The notes beneath the pieces are model-generated. The model saw only the letters and a list, made by a program, of their open reading frames with translations, ran no database searches and had not been told where the DNA came from. 62,608 bases of DNA from the NCBI GenBank assembly GCA_003693705.1, contig RBZT01000508.1:1-62608 (forward strand), in the 5' to 3' direction. Positions within the stretch are counted from its first letter, which is position 1, and the number at the start of each line of letters is the position of its first letter. This document shows positions 60,260 to 62,608 of this stretch, one piece after another. Position numbers and translations under genes: made by a program. This stretch comes from Polymyxa betae A26-41 (taxonomy: Eukaryota > Protista > Endomyxa: Phytomyxea).

Positions 60260-60897
60260 ATGACGTATGTGATGTTACAAGTGTGATTGTATTATAATAG
60301 GGTTTACTAACATGTCTATGTAGACATTCAGAGGTTCTCATTCCTAATCTTCTCTGGGGACAGGACAGTGATCATATCTTCGCTACCATCAATGTTGCTG
60401 ATCTTGACTCCGCTGATGTCCAATTTGATGAAAATCAAGTCACTTTCAAGGGGTCGAAGTCTGAGAGGTCTGGAGACGCCAAGGACTATGCCATGTCGGT
60501 GGAGCTGGCTGAATCCATTGATGTCTCGGGCTGCAACTGGGCTAAACGCGCTCGTAATGTACAGATTGTGATGAAGAAGGCGGAATCTGGAAAGAAATGG
60601 ACACAATTCGCCAAAGATGTTAAGAAATGGAAGGCTCATGTTGCTGTTGATTGGAACAAGTGGGTTGATTCTGATGATGAGGATAATGTCCCAGGACGGT
60701 TTGATGATTTAAGTGATATCATGGGAGGTGGTGGTGGCAATATGGATCTCGCCTCTATGATGAAGGGTAGTGGTGCAGGAGGATACTCTCCTGGTGCTGT
60801 TGATGAAGAAGAACAGGATAGTGATGATGAAGAGCTGCCTGAACTAGAATCTGAACCAGCTCATGTTGAAGCTGAACCTCAGGCTACCGAACATTAA
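60260..60897 (+). CDS. SBA1: Hsp90 co-chaperone p23
   Basis: 5-nt first exon ATGAC and intron 60265-60323 with TACTAAC; P..LWGQD, VAVDWNKWVDSDDE and an acidic tail. Confidence 0.88.
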
Positions 60898-61069
60898 TAG
60901 ACATTAGAAGTTGATGGTACAACCCATGACAATCTCTCTCATTAATGCTAGATTTATCCATGCAACTTTCTTTTATGTCTTTGACAGAAGCTTCAGTTTG
61001 TAAAGCGTTTTTTTACCAATTCTTCTGGCTGCTTTGTATATAATTGAGAGCGAGTTAAAATGGGTTTAT

Positions 61070-61840
61070 TCAGTGAGCCAGTAAAGTCAATGCTGTTCCT
61101 ATAGCAGCAATAATAGTAACAGTACCAATTAAGGTATTAGTAATAGGATCAGGTTTGTGTACACCATATGCTGAATGAATAAAGATATTCTCGATTAGTT
61201 CACCAAGCTGCATGACTCCATCACGAACAAACCGACCAATACTCTGAAACACGTGCTTTAATGTCTCCAGAAATGATCCATCATCATCATCATCATCATC
61301 ACCATCATAGTAGATATGGTCGGGTATGACCTCGATCTGAACAGATTGTGATCCCATAATAAGGCGTTGTTGTTGATTGAGTTGGGTCTCGTTCTCCGAA
61401 TCAGTTTCCTCTTCAATAACTTTCTCAACACATGCTAATACATATGGATCATGAACAAATTTATCAACAAGACGTTCTGTAACACGAACTGCTGTACCTG
61501 GCTTCATACCAGAATCAATGACCACTATCAAGGGCAGGGTCAGTACGTCGTCGTCTATCACGACAAGTATTACCTTGTCGTGCATGATCCGGTACTCGTG
61601 TCCATAGTTCCTGTGATAGTGATGAAGTGGTTGGTACATCAGTCTCATCATGTACAAAGGTCCAGCTATTAGCAGAGGATGGATCTGAATCAGTGATCAT
61701 GGAGGTCACAAGAGCAGCTGCACCAGCAGCATGACGACCACTTTGACCAGCCTGTTTCATGATTGATGGGATGGCTTTAGAGGCGTTCATGATGGAAGTC
61801 AGGAGCTTTGGATACTGAATGAATATGGTGATGTAGTGGA
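61070..61840 (-). CDS. Hypothetical tail-anchored protein (further 5' exons probable)
   Basis: Intron ~61525-61573 joins the 61515-61790 and 61070-61657 frames; acidic D-run; C-terminal hydrophobic helix. Confidence 0.45.
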
Positions 61841-62608
61841 CCTTAAGGAGATGGGATATTTAAGGGTGGTATAATATTCAGTAATACGGAGATAGAAAGG
61901 ACAGGCCCCCGGTCATGGGTAGTAAGTAGGCTATGTGGGGTGTTGGGCTCACCTCCACCCCAGTTACGCTATTTTTTTCACTACTGACAAGTGACGCAAC
62001 ATTTCCACCATAGAATCTTCCATATTGTCTGTACAGAGAATCTTCATGCATTTTATTACGACTTTTCTCATATAAATCTTATCATCAACCTGCCATATTA
62101 CCAATATATGTAACATAACTCTTCCAACAATCATCTCTAATAGAACCAAATGACATTCAGAAATCATGAGCAGTCAGGTTCATGTTACAATAATAGATTG
62201 TTTGTATTCATTGTCGATCTAGGGCCAGTATTCCGAACCCAACTGGCCACGGCCTCGATTGCTGTTTCGAAGCCAATGACCTCTGGTCGTACTGATTGCT
62301 TTTATGAAGTTAATAACTGATGTATTGTGACGAATACTAACTACACAGTTTCTCAATTTGCACAATTTTTGGATTATGTAAACAAACTCATGATGAAATG
62401 AATGCTTCAGAGGATCTGATATTGCACCAATATATGATCTGTTCAATAATCATCTCATGCTAGGTCAGACAAGTTCATAGCGAGTATTGACAAGAGACAG
62501 ATTGGGTTGATTATAGTATAAATATCTCCATAATAGAGGCTGCAAATAATAAATAATATTGCACATGACAAGGTTAAGTATTAGAAGTATATTGTTATAT
62601 GTTGAATA

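Noticed and set aside
1-62608. tRNA, rRNA or snRNA genes
   Set aside because: No cloverleaf or conserved rRNA/snRNA motif recognised; the GTTCGA hits I noticed (~11661, ~37695) fall inside protein-coding genes.

Overview
Gene-dense eukaryotic (protist-type) genomic DNA with many short (~45-60 nt) GT-AG introns, so the ORF track shows exon fragments rather than whole genes. The intron size and gene density resemble a plasmodiophorid-like protist, but this is inference only. From left to right: a TAA-flanked Tourist-like MITE, a frameshifted PIF/Harbinger-type transposase and a copia integrase relic; an App1-like HAD phosphatase; a CH/coiled-coil/poly-Pro/WH2 actin regulator; ATG5 and ELP2 (convergent); a TTP-like CCCH protein; GMP synthase; a pogo/CENP-B relic; PIG-F; a secreted GPI-anchored Gly/Ser-repeat protein spanning an N-gap; a six-bromodomain protein; a secreted orphan; eIF4E2; a ~17 kb cytoplasmic dynein heavy chain; an MLO-family membrane protein; a DnaJ protein; an ArfGAP; an RRM protein; two DHHC-family genes; a bZIP; p23; and an orphan. 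Two findings stand out. (1) The bZIP mRNA carries an IRE1-type bifurcated stem-loop with two CUG|CAG loops 19 nt apart, predicting HAC1/XBP1/bZIP60-like non-spliceosomal splicing. (2) The MLO gene splices in frame into a C-terminal Hv1-like voltage-sensor domain with the RxWRxxR signature, giving a candidate voltage-sensor-coupled MLO channel.
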